Below, piece by piece: positions 44,391 to 53,775 of a stretch of DNA of 64,000 nucleotides. The notes under the pieces were generated by a model. That model saw nothing but the letters and a program-made list of their open reading frames with translations. It did not search any database and was not told the origin of the DNA. The position numbers and the translations under genes were made by a program. The stretch is taken from positions 32,001 through 96,000 of the IMG/VR virus record IMGVR_UViG_3300045988_122291; one strand, given 5' to 3'. Positions within the stretch are counted from its first letter, which is position 1; every line of letters begins with the position of its first letter. This DNA is from a virus.

Positions 44391-44789
44391 TCAATTTTTA
44401 ACTGTATTCTTAGGCTTAATCTTAAACGGTTTGCCCTTTATTGCGCGACCATAACCAGAACGATAAGCGTCTACTACCATCTTCTTTACTTCATCGTGAA
44501 AAATATCAACATCTGCTAAAAAAGTAACAATCCGCTCCATTTTTGGTTTCAACATTTTCCATACTTCTTCATCGGTGCATTCTATGAATTCAACTCCATC
44601 TTCGCAAATCCACCAACAATCATCACCCGAAGTAGTACCTTTTTCCCACTGAATCTCATAGATATAATGTTTATCTGTTTCGTCAATATCCATGATTACG
44701 CCTGTAGTGCCGTAAGGAGGATAAATCTTTGGATACATAGCGTGCCTTTCCTTGTCCGCCATTACTACATTATCGCCAACTTTAAGCAT
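44391..44789 (-). CDS. GD-x-V / YP family protein with shared C-terminal module
   Basis: MLKVGDNVVMADKERHAMYPKIYPPYGTTGVIMDI plus VWKMLKPKM...VKKMVVDAYRSGYGRAIKGKPFKIKPK, the latter also present in 48886..50049. Confidence 0.45.
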   Translation of the reverse strand: MLKVGDNVVMADKERHAMYPKIYPPYGTTGVIMDIDETDKHYIYEIQWEKGTTSGDDCWWICEDGVEFIECTDEEVWKMLKPKMERIVTFLADVDIFHDEVKKMVVDAYRSGYGRAIKGKPFKIKPKNTVKN

Positions 44790-44898
44790 AGTTATTCTCC
44801 TTTACATTTCCACCAACAAACGGCTTGTTCTTTCTTCCTCTGTTGTGCGATTGATAAGCATTTCTTTAATAAAAATCTCCTTTCCTTATGTTGATATT

Positions 44899-44927
44899 AT
44901 TGTAACACAAGGAAAGGAGAATGTCAA
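44899..44927 (-). promoter_or_regulatory. sigma-A-type promoter (TTGACA-17-TGtTACAAT) nested in a terminator hairpin
   Basis: Arms at 44905-44919 (spacer) and 44877-44891, followed by ATTTTTATT. Confidence 0.55.
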
Positions 44928-45096
44928 GAAAAACTTATGGAATTTTTACTGATATTAAATTACCGCTAATATTTAGTGAAACAATGGTTTGTTGACATTT
45001 TCATCGCTAAAATAATGAAATTCTTGCTTCATAGATTATAGCATTGTTATAATTGCTTTAGTCTTATACAATCTCCACAAGCGTAGATTATACTGT

Positions 45097-45136
45097 TCGG
45101 TTATGCCCTAACCTACTCGGTTATGCCCTAACCTAC
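45097..45136. repeat. perfect 2 x 20-nt tandem repeat TCGGTTATGCCCTAACCTAC just 3' of tnpB
   Basis: Copies at 45097-45116 and 45117-45136, 17 nt from the tnpB stop codon. Confidence 0.8.
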
Positions 45137-45152
45137 AGTTTATTTATAATTA

Positions 45153-46262
45153 TTATGAATAAGCTATTTCAAGCCCTTTTTTCAAGATGTTAACACTTGC
45201 GTTAATATCTCTATCATGTTTAGTATGGCACTCAGGACACTCCCAAGTACGAACATCCAGATTCTTAACCAGAGGATTCTTGTAACCACAGTAGCTACAA
45301 GTCTGGCTACTTGGGTACATAGTAGGGACACTGATTACCGTATTACCATACCATTCACCTTTATACTTGAGCATAGCAAAGAATTTAGACCACGAAGCAC
45401 TTGCGATTGACCGCGCAAGATTATGATTACGCATCATACCTTTTACATTCAAGTCCTCTATGCAGATAGTTTGGTTTTCGCGTATCAGCATAGTTGACTG
45501 CTTTTGTAAAAAGTCATTTCTTTGATTAGTAATCTTTTCGTAGATACAAGCTAACTTAATACGTTGTTTATTACGATTGTTAGAGCCTAATTGCTTACGA
45601 GAAAGACCGCGCTGTGCTCTAATGAGTTTACGAGCAGATTTCTCTAAAAACTTTGGATTAGGAATTTTGTTACCGTTACTATCTGTATAGAAATCTTTAA
45701 TTCCCACATCAATACCAACAGTTCCATTTGCATTGTTCATAAGCTGTGGCTCAAAATCAACATTGAGAACTACGAAATATTTGCCAGACGGTGTTCTTTC
45801 AACAGTGACATTGTTAATATGCCCAACTTCCATAGATTGTTTAATTTTTATATATCCCAATTTAGGCAATCTAATATATTTCCCTACAATGCGAATAGTA
45901 TTTACATGGTTAATCGTTCTATAAGACTGATAATTGTTATGTTTATTCTTAAATTTTGGATATTTAGACTTTTTAGCAAAGAATTTTTTATAACCTTTAT
46001 CTAAATCTCTTAAAGATTGCTGCAGAGCAATAGAATCCAATTCTTTAAGAAAATTAAATTCTTCTTGTTGTTTAAGTGCCGTTAGCATGGCACAAGTTCC
46101 ACTATACCCAACACTAATGCCATTTTTATAGGAATCTCTACGCATAACCAGACCTTTATTATACACAAGTCTGCAACCGCCAAAAATTCGATTTATTAAA
46201 TTTTTCTGTGTTTTATTGGGATAGACCCTGAATTTAATACCTTTTTGCATATAATTTCCCAT
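45153..46262 (-). CDS. tnpB: TnpB (IS200/IS605-family RNA-guided endonuclease), no tnpA adjacent
   Basis: N-terminal [29 protein letters not shown]. RuvC D in [11 protein letters not shown] and E in [11 protein letters not shown]. Zinc finger CSYCG..CPECH followed by [10 protein letters not shown]. Confidence 0.85.
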   Translation of the reverse strand: MGNYMQKGIKFRVYPNKTQKNLINRIFGGCRLVYNKGLVMRRDSYKNGISVGYSGTCAMLTALKQQEEFNFLKELDSIALQQSLRDLDKGYKKFFAKKSKYPKFKNKHNNYQSYRTINHVNTIRIVGKYIRLPKLGYIKIKQSMEVGHINNVTVERTPSGKYFVVLNVDFEPQLMNNANGTVGIDVGIKDFYTDSNGNKIPNPKFLEKSARKLIRAQRGLSRKQLGSNNRNKQRIKLACIYEKITNQRNDFLQKQSTMLIRENQTICIEDLNVKGMMRNHNLARSIASASWSKFFAMLKYKGEWYGNTVISVPTMYPSSQTCSYCGYKNPLVKNLDVRTWECPECHTKHDRDINASVNILKKGLEIAYS

Positions 46263-46331
46263 ACATTATGACATATTTCTGAATGAATTTCTTTATATAA
46301 AAGTGTGTGCGCGAGATAGTAAAACCTTTTC

Positions 46332-47189
46332 TCACATAAAAGCAGAGGTTTGAATCTTAGTAATCATGTTACTTAGAGCAACAGCAAGTTCTTGCCTTGT
46401 TACTTGCTTATTAGGATTGAACTTACCATAATTATCGCCCTGCATAACACCGTACTTTGTCACGATTTCAACAGCATCACGCGCCCAATCATCAACATTA
46501 TCCTTATCTTCATACATCGCCAGAGGGTCTTTCTTCAGATAAACACAAAATGCGTTATCCACTTTACGATTTTCAGACGGATTATTCACAACCTTGCCGT
46601 CATGCAGTTTTCTTACGCTACCACCGCCGTCAAGGTTCATAGCATAAAATGCTCGATATTGCAGAAAAATTGCAGTCATTTGCTCAAAAGTCATACCCGG
46701 TGCATCAACAGTAAGAATAAGAACACTGCCATCTTCTCTAACACCAATAGCAGTACGAGCTGTCTTGTAATTAAGAGTTTTAGCGTTTCCATAGTCCTTA
46801 TTAGCTTTACCATTGATGATAAGCATGGGATAAGCTGTCATGAAGTCACGCCATTCATGGCTTGCATCCTTACCATAGATAAGAGTCTGTGCGCCATTCC
46901 ATACCGTGCCCATGCCTTCAAAGTTGTTCTTATAATTCTGCTCTTCGTACATAGAAACGAATGACATAACATTATGTCCAGACTTCATGTTGAACAAACC
47001 GCCATTAACCATGATGTTCGGCTTCTTCTCGGCACGATTATAATAATGTTCAAGCATTTCAGTCGGTTCTGCCAGTTTAACAAAACGAACTTCGTCAATG
47101 CTTTCAATAGGGATAATATCAAGCTGTGTGTACTCATTTACACGGACAGTCTGAAAGTGTCTATATTCATTCAAAATAAATCTCTCCAA
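46332..47189 (-). CDS. phosphodiester glycosidase (NAGPA/DUF2233) domain protein with C-terminal SLH domain
   Basis: RTAIGVREDGSVLILTVDAPGMTFEQM...AMNLDGGGSV. C-terminal DDWARDAVEIVTKYGVMQGDNYGKFNPNKQVTRQELAVAL (SLH). Confidence 0.65.
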   Translation of the reverse strand: MERFILNEYRHFQTVRVNEYTQLDIIPIESIDEVRFVKLAEPTEMLEHYYNRAEKKPNIMVNGGLFNMKSGHNVMSFVSMYEEQNYKNNFEGMGTVWNGAQTLIYGKDASHEWRDFMTAYPMLIINGKANKDYGNAKTLNYKTARTAIGVREDGSVLILTVDAPGMTFEQMTAIFLQYRAFYAMNLDGGGSVRKLHDGKVVNNPSENRKVDNAFCVYLKKDPLAMYEDKDNVDDWARDAVEIVTKYGVMQGDNYGKFNPNKQVTRQELAVALSNMITKIQTSAFM

Positions 47190-48889
47190 TCATCATTGTC
47201 AGCAAGCGACCTAACTTTGCTTTTAGGCGTAATCTCATACTGTTGAATCATAGCTTGGGGATAATAACGACCGTTCCATTCGTTTGTATAAAGGGTTACT
47301 ATTGCTTCAAACGTAAACTTGTCATATTTTTCCCATTCAGCGGATTGTTCTTCGTTTAATCTAAACTTGATAAAATCTACGCCATAAGCACTGATTTTAC
47401 CTGTAGTTGTTTTCTTTCTAAATAGGCGAACCCAGTTCTGATAGCAAGTGAACTTAACATAGAATACTGGCTCAACAACACCGCTACCTGCGCTACCCCA
47501 CATATCTTTATATTCTTCACAGTTCATGCAGAGTGGAAGATTGATTTGCTGTGGAGACAACTTTGCTGTAACATCTATTGTATCACAAATCACATCATTT
47601 GTCAAGTGCGAATCGAGATATTTTAGAAGTTTTTTTAGATTGGCTTTAGGCATGATTAAGCCAGAAGCGCACTCATGACCTTCAGCTTTGGCAAGTCGTG
47701 ATTCATTGATAATATTTGCAATAGGAAATGGCGAACGCATACTACCAGAATATTGTGTGGGATTGACTGGACGTAAAATAAAAGCTGGCTTATTCACAAG
47801 TGATAGCATCTTGTTCGCTACCAGCCCAGTATAGTTAGCTTGTTCGTTCTTAATAAATCCGACAGTGGCTTTATGCTCGTTATCCATATCTTCGCTAACC
47901 TTAGACATAATCTCGTCTACAGTCTTACGTTGTTCGTTTACAGCCTTACGAAGAACGGCAATACCTTCAGCCATATCACGTTCACCAACAAGCGATTCAA
48001 AGAAAATGCGTTTGCTTTCTTGGTCATTACTACGGCATAAGGCATTGATTGGTGGAATACAGCCGAATGAAAAGCCATGTGGGTCTGTTTCACCCTTATA
48101 ATTTAGCGTTTGCACAAGTTCATTTAGTTCTGGTGCGTAGACAAGATTCTTAATTCCGTCTATAAAATACGCTCGGTTTTCAAGGCTTGTCATATTACAT
48201 ACATCACTAATTAGACTAACGGCGATAAAAGGTGTGTATTCTTGATAAATTTTAATCTCGGTATCTGGGTCTAAATAAAGTTCGCCATATCGCTCAATCA
48301 GCTTAAAGGTAACACCTGTACCTGATAAGGCTGTGTTTAGCCCAGTGCCAAGATGATGATTAACCACTGTGGCGTAGTTGTTGCTTGTGGGCGTGGTTTC
48401 ATGGTGGTCTACACAAATTGTATATACGCCATTTTCTTTCAGCGTCATACAAGGTTCATTGTCGCTTGACCCCGCGTCAGGAATGATTAGTAGCTTTGCG
48501 CCAGAATCAATAACTTGTTGTACTATGTTCTCGTTTGGTGCTCTCAAACCATGAGCCTTGCCTTCGTGATGAAAAACAATAAGATTGTCTTGTGGCACGT
48601 TGAGATATTCTTTTAGAAATTTGTAAATTATTGCGCCTGAACACTGACCATCGACATCGGAGTCAACTAAAATTGCAATTTTCCCACCGTTTTCAACCGC
48701 TGTCTTAATCTCAGCGCAAGCGACATCAATGTTAGGATAATCACCAGCATAATCATAGCAATAAGCCACATCACCATTGCCAGAGAGGTCGATATAATGC
48801 TCGACCTCTTCTTCATTTACACCGCAAGCAACAAGATATTCACGAATGAAATCTCCTGTAACCTTATTTAAGAGTGGGCGTACCTTCAT
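47171..48889 (-). CDS. DHH-family phosphoesterase / RecJ-like ssDNA exonuclease
   Basis: DHH motifs VDSDVDGQCSG, IIPDAGSSD and VDHHE. Confidence 0.65.
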   Translation of the reverse strand: MKVRPLLNKVTGDFIREYLVACGVNEEEVEHYIDLSGNGDVAYCYDYAGDYPNIDVACAEIKTAVENGGKIAILVDSDVDGQCSGAIIYKFLKEYLNVPQDNLIVFHHEGKAHGLRAPNENIVQQVIDSGAKLLIIPDAGSSDNEPCMTLKENGVYTICVDHHETTPTSNNYATVVNHHLGTGLNTALSGTGVTFKLIERYGELYLDPDTEIKIYQEYTPFIAVSLISDVCNMTSLENRAYFIDGIKNLVYAPELNELVQTLNYKGETDPHGFSFGCIPPINALCRSNDQESKRIFFESLVGERDMAEGIAVLRKAVNEQRKTVDEIMSKVSEDMDNEHKATVGFIKNEQANYTGLVANKMLSLVNKPAFILRPVNPTQYSGSMRSPFPIANIINESRLAKAEGHECASGLIMPKANLKKLLKYLDSHLTNDVICDTIDVTAKLSPQQINLPLCMNCEEYKDMWGSAGSGVVEPVFYVKFTCYQNWVRLFRKKTTTGKISAYGVDFIKFRLNEEQSAEWEKYDKFTFEAIVTLYTNEWNGRYYPQAMIQQYEITPKSKVRSLADNDDWRDLF

Positions 48890-50049
48890 ACGTTCACACC
48901 ATTTACACGAAGATAATCACGAATTGGGACAAGAGCCTTAAACTTAGGGTTATAAATTTCTGAATTATACTCTGACTTGCTAACGTCTTGTTCGAATGTC
49001 ATAGACGCACAATGTTTATTGCCAAAGCACCTTACACCATTATACTTACCAATCGCCCACGGCTTGATGTCACTCAGCGCCATTAACTTATCGCCACAAT
49101 ATAAAGCCCTAATGCTCTTACTATCGAACTTTCCTACCGCTTTACTAAACGGAATAGCTACATACATTTCACAGTTTGGGTCGCCAATAACGTCAAAGCC
49201 GTCAGCCCACAAACCACCATCGGAATCATAAATAAAATTACTGTAAATTTCCATGCCTTGCTCACCATGAAAAGCGTGGTCAAATCCAGATACTGTATAG
49301 CTATTATCAAGGTCTGCATAAATTGTGACAATCATCTTGCCACCAAGTACATCATCAATCAACTTTTCAATGCTCGGCTTCTCATCCACCTTCGGCTTAA
49401 TCATAAAGCTACGACCCTTGGTAGCGCGACCATATCCAGAGCGATATGCGGCGACAACCATGTTCTTGACAATAGGAGAATACATATCAAGATTTTCAAT
49501 ATGGGCTGGAACAAGCTGTCTCATCTTTGGCTTTAGCATTTCCCACACTTCGTCATCGGTGTATTCGCAAAGTTTAATATCTTTTTCTTCACACCACCAT
49601 GCTTTTTTTGCTGCATAATTACCGTTGATATTCACGCCTTCAGCTTCGCCCCAGTCAACCAATACATCGCCATCATCTTTATCTTTATCTTTGATAATGC
49701 CGACAGACCCAACGGCAGGATAAAATTGACTCAATCTCTTATGCTTGTCACCATTGGTGAAAACAACCTTATCACCAATATTAAATTTATTCATATTACA
49801 AACTTCCTTTTGTGTATTTGCATTAACTTTTTCCAGTTTCTTTGCGGTACACCACCAAGCATATTTATCTTCAGAAATATTCCAATCTACTCCCGAATCT
49901 TGACCCCAATCAACAAGAACAACTTCACCACTGGACGCACACTGAACCACGACACCAATACTGCCCTTTGCAGGAAATTTTTTTGGACAGTACTCATGAT
50001 GTTCTTTATCCTTCATCATTACTTCATCACCAACATTAAACTTACTCAT
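48886..50049 (-). CDS. protein with two N-terminal GD-x-V / YP repeats plus the shared YRSGYGRA module
   Basis: FNVGDEVMMKDKEHHEYCPKKFPAKGSIGVV, FNIGDKVVFTNGDKHKRLSQFYPAVGSVGII, and VWEMLKPKM..VKNMVVAAYRSGYGRATKGRSFMIKPK. Confidence 0.45.
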   Translation of the reverse strand: MSKFNVGDEVMMKDKEHHEYCPKKFPAKGSIGVVVQCASSGEVVLVDWGQDSGVDWNISEDKYAWWCTAKKLEKVNANTQKEVCNMNKFNIGDKVVFTNGDKHKRLSQFYPAVGSVGIIKDKDKDDGDVLVDWGEAEGVNINGNYAAKKAWWCEEKDIKLCEYTDDEVWEMLKPKMRQLVPAHIENLDMYSPIVKNMVVAAYRSGYGRATKGRSFMIKPKVDEKPSIEKLIDDVLGGKMIVTIYADLDNSYTVSGFDHAFHGEQGMEIYSNFIYDSDGGLWADGFDVIGDPNCEMYVAIPFSKAVGKFDSKSIRALYCGDKLMALSDIKPWAIGKYNGVRCFGNKHCASMTFEQDVSKSEYNSEIYNPKFKALVPIRDYLRVNGVNV

Positions 50050-50465
50050 GCAAATTTCTCCTTTAGATATTTAATAATTTCTTCTTCACTATAATCATCT
50101 TGCACCCAAATTTTATAATTATCTGCATATAAACGCAAGCAATCACCATTTTGTGCGAATATAAAAAAATCTTCTATCACGGTCGAAAATCTCATGTGAC
50201 TGAAATAACTTTTAAGCCAATAAATATTGCCATCAATAAAAGGCAGAAAACCAATTTCGCAATCTCTGAGAATTTTGTTACACTTATCAGTAAAATCATC
50301 AGTGGAAAGAATGTATTTGTTGTTAATATGGTGTACAACACCATCCATATCTTGTACATAACACATGGTATCTTCTTTCATAGGGTCTGTACAAAGATAA
50401 TTAAACATTTTTCCAAAGTTTATACCATAAGCATCAACGTTAATCACTTTGTCTTTATATTCCAT
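50046..50465 (-). CDS. hypothetical protein
   Basis: Co-directional ORF. Confidence 0.4.
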   Translation of the reverse strand: MEYKDKVINVDAYGINFGKMFNYLCTDPMKEDTMCYVQDMDGVVHHINNKYILSTDDFTDKCNKILRDCEIGFLPFIDGNIYWLKSYFSHMRFSTVIEDFFIFAQNGDCLRLYADNYKIWVQDDYSEEEIIKYLKEKFA

Positions 50466-50498
50466 AATATCACCTCTAATAATTATATTATTATTTAT

Positions 50499-50933
50499 TT
50501 ATTCATCGTCAAGGTCTTGAGGATTTTCATGAAAATTTTCTCTTAAAAACTGGTCAAGGCGCTGTGCATACATACTTGTTTCGGTTTTATAACCAATCAC
50601 CCAAGTAGCGCCATTAGAATCAATAGCCCTGCTCCAAGTACCGTCTTTAGTCCAGAACATTGCTTCGTTGAAATTTTCATCAAAACCAACTTTCTCGAAA
50701 ACAGAAGGCGCGTGGGGGAAAGAATGCTCAACACTTTCCCACACAAGAGCCAAACCATGAAGCCAATCATTACACTTTTCAATAAAATAATCAGCTTCCA
50801 CTACATCACTGTCATCGGGGTAATAAGCACTGCCATCCGAAGCAACAAAACGACAATTCCCAAAAGTATCTGTTGTCATTTCACCAATTTTACCAAATAC
50901 CAGCTCATCTTTACCAATGTAAACACATTTCAT
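50499..50933 (-). CDS. hypothetical protein
   Basis: SD AAAGGAGA upstream; a promoter lies directly upstream. Confidence 0.45.
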   Translation of the reverse strand: MKCVYIGKDELVFGKIGEMTTDTFGNCRFVASDGSAYYPDDSDVVEADYFIEKCNDWLHGLALVWESVEHSFPHAPSVFEKVGFDENFNEAMFWTKDGTWSRAIDSNGATWVIGYKTETSMYAQRLDQFLRENFHENPQDLDDE

Positions 50934-50960
50934 AATAAAAATCTCCTTTCTTATGATAAG

Positions 50961-50989
50961 AGTATATCACAAGAAAGGAGATATGTCAA
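50961..50989 (-). promoter_or_regulatory. sigma-A-type promoter (TTGACA-17-TGaTATACT) nested in an anti-SD/terminator hairpin
   Basis: Arms at 50967-50981 (spacer) and 50942-50956 (contains the SD), followed by TTTTTATT and the ATG. Confidence 0.6.
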
Positions 50990-51006
50990 CATTATTTATA
51001 AAATTT

Positions 51007-51387
51007 TTATTCCAAAAATCCAAAAGTTAAAGATTTTAATAAACCAAAAGAAGAAGTTCCTGCTATATGTTGTTTCTCCCAATATATATCGTCATCATCA
51101 CGTGTCCGGAAGCGGTAAAATTTAATACTTTCATAAATTGAATCATTTTCACCCAAAAGTTCAAAAGAACCACCTACACTGAATGAATTTATAGACAGAT
51201 AAGTATATGCTATTCCTGTTGGTTGTTGCATACCTATTCTTAGCGTATATTTATAAAATCTTCCAACCAAATCATAATATCTTAATTCATACGGAGAGTT
51301 GTCATTCGCAACATCCCATACAGCAACTTCGTTAAATACCAAACTTCCGGCTGGCTTTTCCATTTTACCAGAGATAATTGCGTTCAT
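51007..51387 (-). CDS. hypervariable small protein, MNGIVTGK family, copy G (dispersed)
   Basis: MNAIISGKMEKPAGSLVFNE... ends ..LTFGFLE. Preceded by a poly-G leader. Confidence 0.6.
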   Translation of the reverse strand: MNAIISGKMEKPAGSLVFNEVAVWDVANDNSPYELRYYDLVGRFYKYTLRIGMQQPTGIAYTYLSINSFSVGGSFELLGENDSIYESIKFYRFRTRDDDDIYWEKQHIAGTSSFGLLKSLTFGFLE

Positions 51388-51465
51388 GCAATCACCTCCT
51401 TACTGCTTACAGCGTTAAGCCGTATGCCCCCCCCAAGTGGAAACAAAGTTTACTAATTTAAACAT
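51388..51465 (-). promoter_or_regulatory. leader cassette G: uORF 51415..51465 (MFKLVNFVSTWGGHTA) with G8 (51427-51434), uncoupled frame
   Basis: AAAGGAGGGCATTTTT-ATG. With G7 or G10 it would read ...WGGIRLNAVSSKEVIA and stop at a TGA overlapping ATG 51387 (ATGA). Confidence 0.6.
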
Positions 51466-51504
51466 AAAAATGCCCTCCTTTAATTTATGTTATGAGGAAA
51501 ATCC

Positions 51505-53043
51505 TCACTTTAACTTAGGCTTTGGGATTGATACAAATTTATTGTAAGAATCGCACACAAAAAAATCGGTATTACGCATAGTGCTCATATCAAAATAATG
51601 GAATATCTTGAGTTTACGGTCTTGATATTCGCCAAATCGTGACTTGTGAATATATGTAATACGGTTAGGAACAAGCGTGTTATTTAGCCCCTTTTCTCTT
51701 TGGTGCTTAATAAACGGCTCTACCAGCTTCATTTCTTTCGGTCTGTCTTTAGCGGCTAATACAACACAACCAAAGTCAACCTTAGTTCGTGAAGCCTTAG
51801 AAGAAGAAATACAGCTTTCGTCAGGGAAGTCTAATTGCTTTTCATTGCCATTGGTCTGCGTCATTGTAAGCAAGCCAACATTGTACTTCTCTGCATATGC
51901 TTTAAGGTCTGTCGCCAGTCCTCTTAAAGCCATATCTTCACGCGCTTGCACGCCTGTATTTGCACGATACTCCATAGACAATGCGCTGTTAAGCATCATA
52001 TAGTCGAAACAGCCATACACTGCGCCATAGCCTTCTACGCACTCTTTAATCTTACGGTCGATATTAGCCGATGTAAAATCAGGCATATCAATCAATCTAA
52101 GGTCGCAACTCTTGATAATCTCTGCGGCTTTGATAACTCGCTTGCGTTCTTCATCAGTACAGTTACCCATAGTAATTGTGTTTGACGGTACGTTAGCTAT
52201 ACACGCAAGAAACATAGGTTGCATCTCTGTACGCTGTGCCAACTCAGTGTGGATAAAGAATCCTGCGCCTTGATAATTGGGATTAGGAATAAAGTCTTGC
52301 GCTTCATCGTCCCAATATTGGTCTACACAAAGACCGCAAATATCGGCTACAGCCATACGAGTTTTACCCACAGAACTTGGACAAGACCGCATAAACAAAT
52401 GTCCACGGTTAAAACCATGCGCTAATTCTGTTTGATAAGGTGAATATAAGAACGCGCCATAAGACGGCTTTTCATCAAATTCAGCAAGCAATCCTTCAAT
52501 ATCCTCGCCTACTGTCATCTCTTCACGCACATACTTGCTATCGTACTTTGTCCTTAGGCTGTTTGCTTTATACTCAACAGCATTAAGAATCTGCTCAATA
52601 GTTAGCTTTTCCAGCTTTGCGCGTTCATCAGATTCATTACCAAGCGTATCATAAAATTCTTTAATATCCACGCCTTGCTCGTCAAGTTCTCTTAGCAGAG
52701 CAAACTTGCGGATAACAGAATAATAATACTCATAGTTATCTGGGTTTGCCAATTCCTTTACTGTGTAAATAAAGTCAAGGTAATTATTGTCTCGACAAAC
52801 TTCCATTTGTGGAACATGATTCTGAAGTACAGATTCAATTTCAACTTCTGTAACTTCGCCTACGCCACTTCTTGCCAGCTTTGCAATACACACAAAGATG
52901 ACTTGATGAAAGTTTGATGGAGCAAATGTAGCTTTATCCAACGGATATTCTGGTAATGATAGCAACTGTGGTCGCTTCATTAAACTACCAAGCATCAACG
53001 ATGCAAGGTTTACATCATAAAGTTCCATCGGAATCAACCCCAA
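51505..53043 (-). CDS. dnaB: DnaB-like replicative helicase
   Basis: N-terminal LGSLMKRPQLL pattern. Walker A SCPSSVGKT. RecA-like C-terminal domain. Confidence 0.7.
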   Translation of the reverse strand: MGLIPMELYDVNLASLMLGSLMKRPQLLSLPEYPLDKATFAPSNFHQVIFVCIAKLARSGVGEVTEVEIESVLQNHVPQMEVCRDNNYLDFIYTVKELANPDNYEYYYSVIRKFALLRELDEQGVDIKEFYDTLGNESDERAKLEKLTIEQILNAVEYKANSLRTKYDSKYVREEMTVGEDIEGLLAEFDEKPSYGAFLYSPYQTELAHGFNRGHLFMRSCPSSVGKTRMAVADICGLCVDQYWDDEAQDFIPNPNYQGAGFFIHTELAQRTEMQPMFLACIANVPSNTITMGNCTDEERKRVIKAAEIIKSCDLRLIDMPDFTSANIDRKIKECVEGYGAVYGCFDYMMLNSALSMEYRANTGVQAREDMALRGLATDLKAYAEKYNVGLLTMTQTNGNEKQLDFPDESCISSSKASRTKVDFGCVVLAAKDRPKEMKLVEPFIKHQREKGLNNTLVPNRITYIHKSRFGEYQDRKLKIFHYFDMSTMRNTDFFVCDSYNKFVSIPKPKLK

Positions 53044-53116
53044 TCTGTTTTGTCATTTATCGCTATTAAAAAAGCAATAGCAATGGCTAAGATAAACCAC
53101 TTTGCCATTTCTGTCA

Positions 53117-53686
53117 CTAAAAATCAACTGCCTTCACATTGTAGTTAGTTCGGTTTCCTTCTCGCTCGATTTCTACACTTTCTTCTTCGGGTAGAACAAA
53201 CGTCTTATTTGCCTTCAATTTTTCCATGAACTGATAAAACGGTTCAATATATCGAGGGAAAAATTGTGTCAAGCTAATCTTTGGGTCGAACTGATGATTG
53301 TCGTACATTAGTGCATATACTATTATACCACGAAGCTGAGAATAGTCAAGACCAAATTTCTCCATATAGTTGCTGGCTTGACGTTGCCACAATGGGAAGT
53401 TACGATAATCTTCTGGATATGTCACATTAAGCAAATCCAAGAATTTGCGATATTCGCCATCACCATTATCTCGCATATCTTTCTGGCGTTGTTTTTCTTC
53501 ACGCTTTTGTCGTGCTTTTTCTTCACGCGCTCTTGCTTTGGTTTCGTCTTGAATTTGACGTTCTTCTGCCTTGGCAAGTAAGTATGCGTCATAGCACTCT
53601 TGACTGCAAAAATGGTTCGTTTTATAACGCTTACCATTATATCGCTGACCTCTGGGGATGTCTGCCCCACATACGTCACAAGTCAT
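53117..53686 (-). CDS. zinc-finger protein with a Lys/Arg/Glu-rich helix
   Basis: CDVCG...FCSQEC, then KAREEKARQKREEKQRQK. Confidence 0.4.
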   Translation of the reverse strand: MTCDVCGADIPRGQRYNGKRYKTNHFCSQECYDAYLLAKAEERQIQDETKARAREEKARQKREEKQRQKDMRDNGDGEYRKFLDLLNVTYPEDYRNFPLWQRQASNYMEKFGLDYSQLRGIIVYALMYDNHQFDPKISLTQFFPRYIEPFYQFMEKLKANKTFVLPEEESVEIEREGNRTNYNVKAVDF

Positions 53687-53737
53687 TGTTTGTTCACCTC
53701 CAATACAAAGACCGTAGCTATCTCTAACTACGGTCTT

Positions 53738-53766
53738 ATTCTACCACATATTTATCGGTTTGTCAA
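53738..53766 (-). promoter_or_regulatory. sigma-A-type promoter (TTGACA-17-TGgTAGAAT) abutting a 10-bp hairpin
   Basis: TAGAAT is directly followed by AAGACCGTAG..CTACGGTCTT (53708-53737) and then TTGTATT. Confidence 0.55.
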
Positions 53767-53775
53767 GAAAAATTT

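Noticed and set aside
45097-45136. The tandem 20-nt repeat as a CRISPR array
   Set aside because: There are only two contiguous copies with no spacers. The location fits a TnpB element end or omega RNA region instead.
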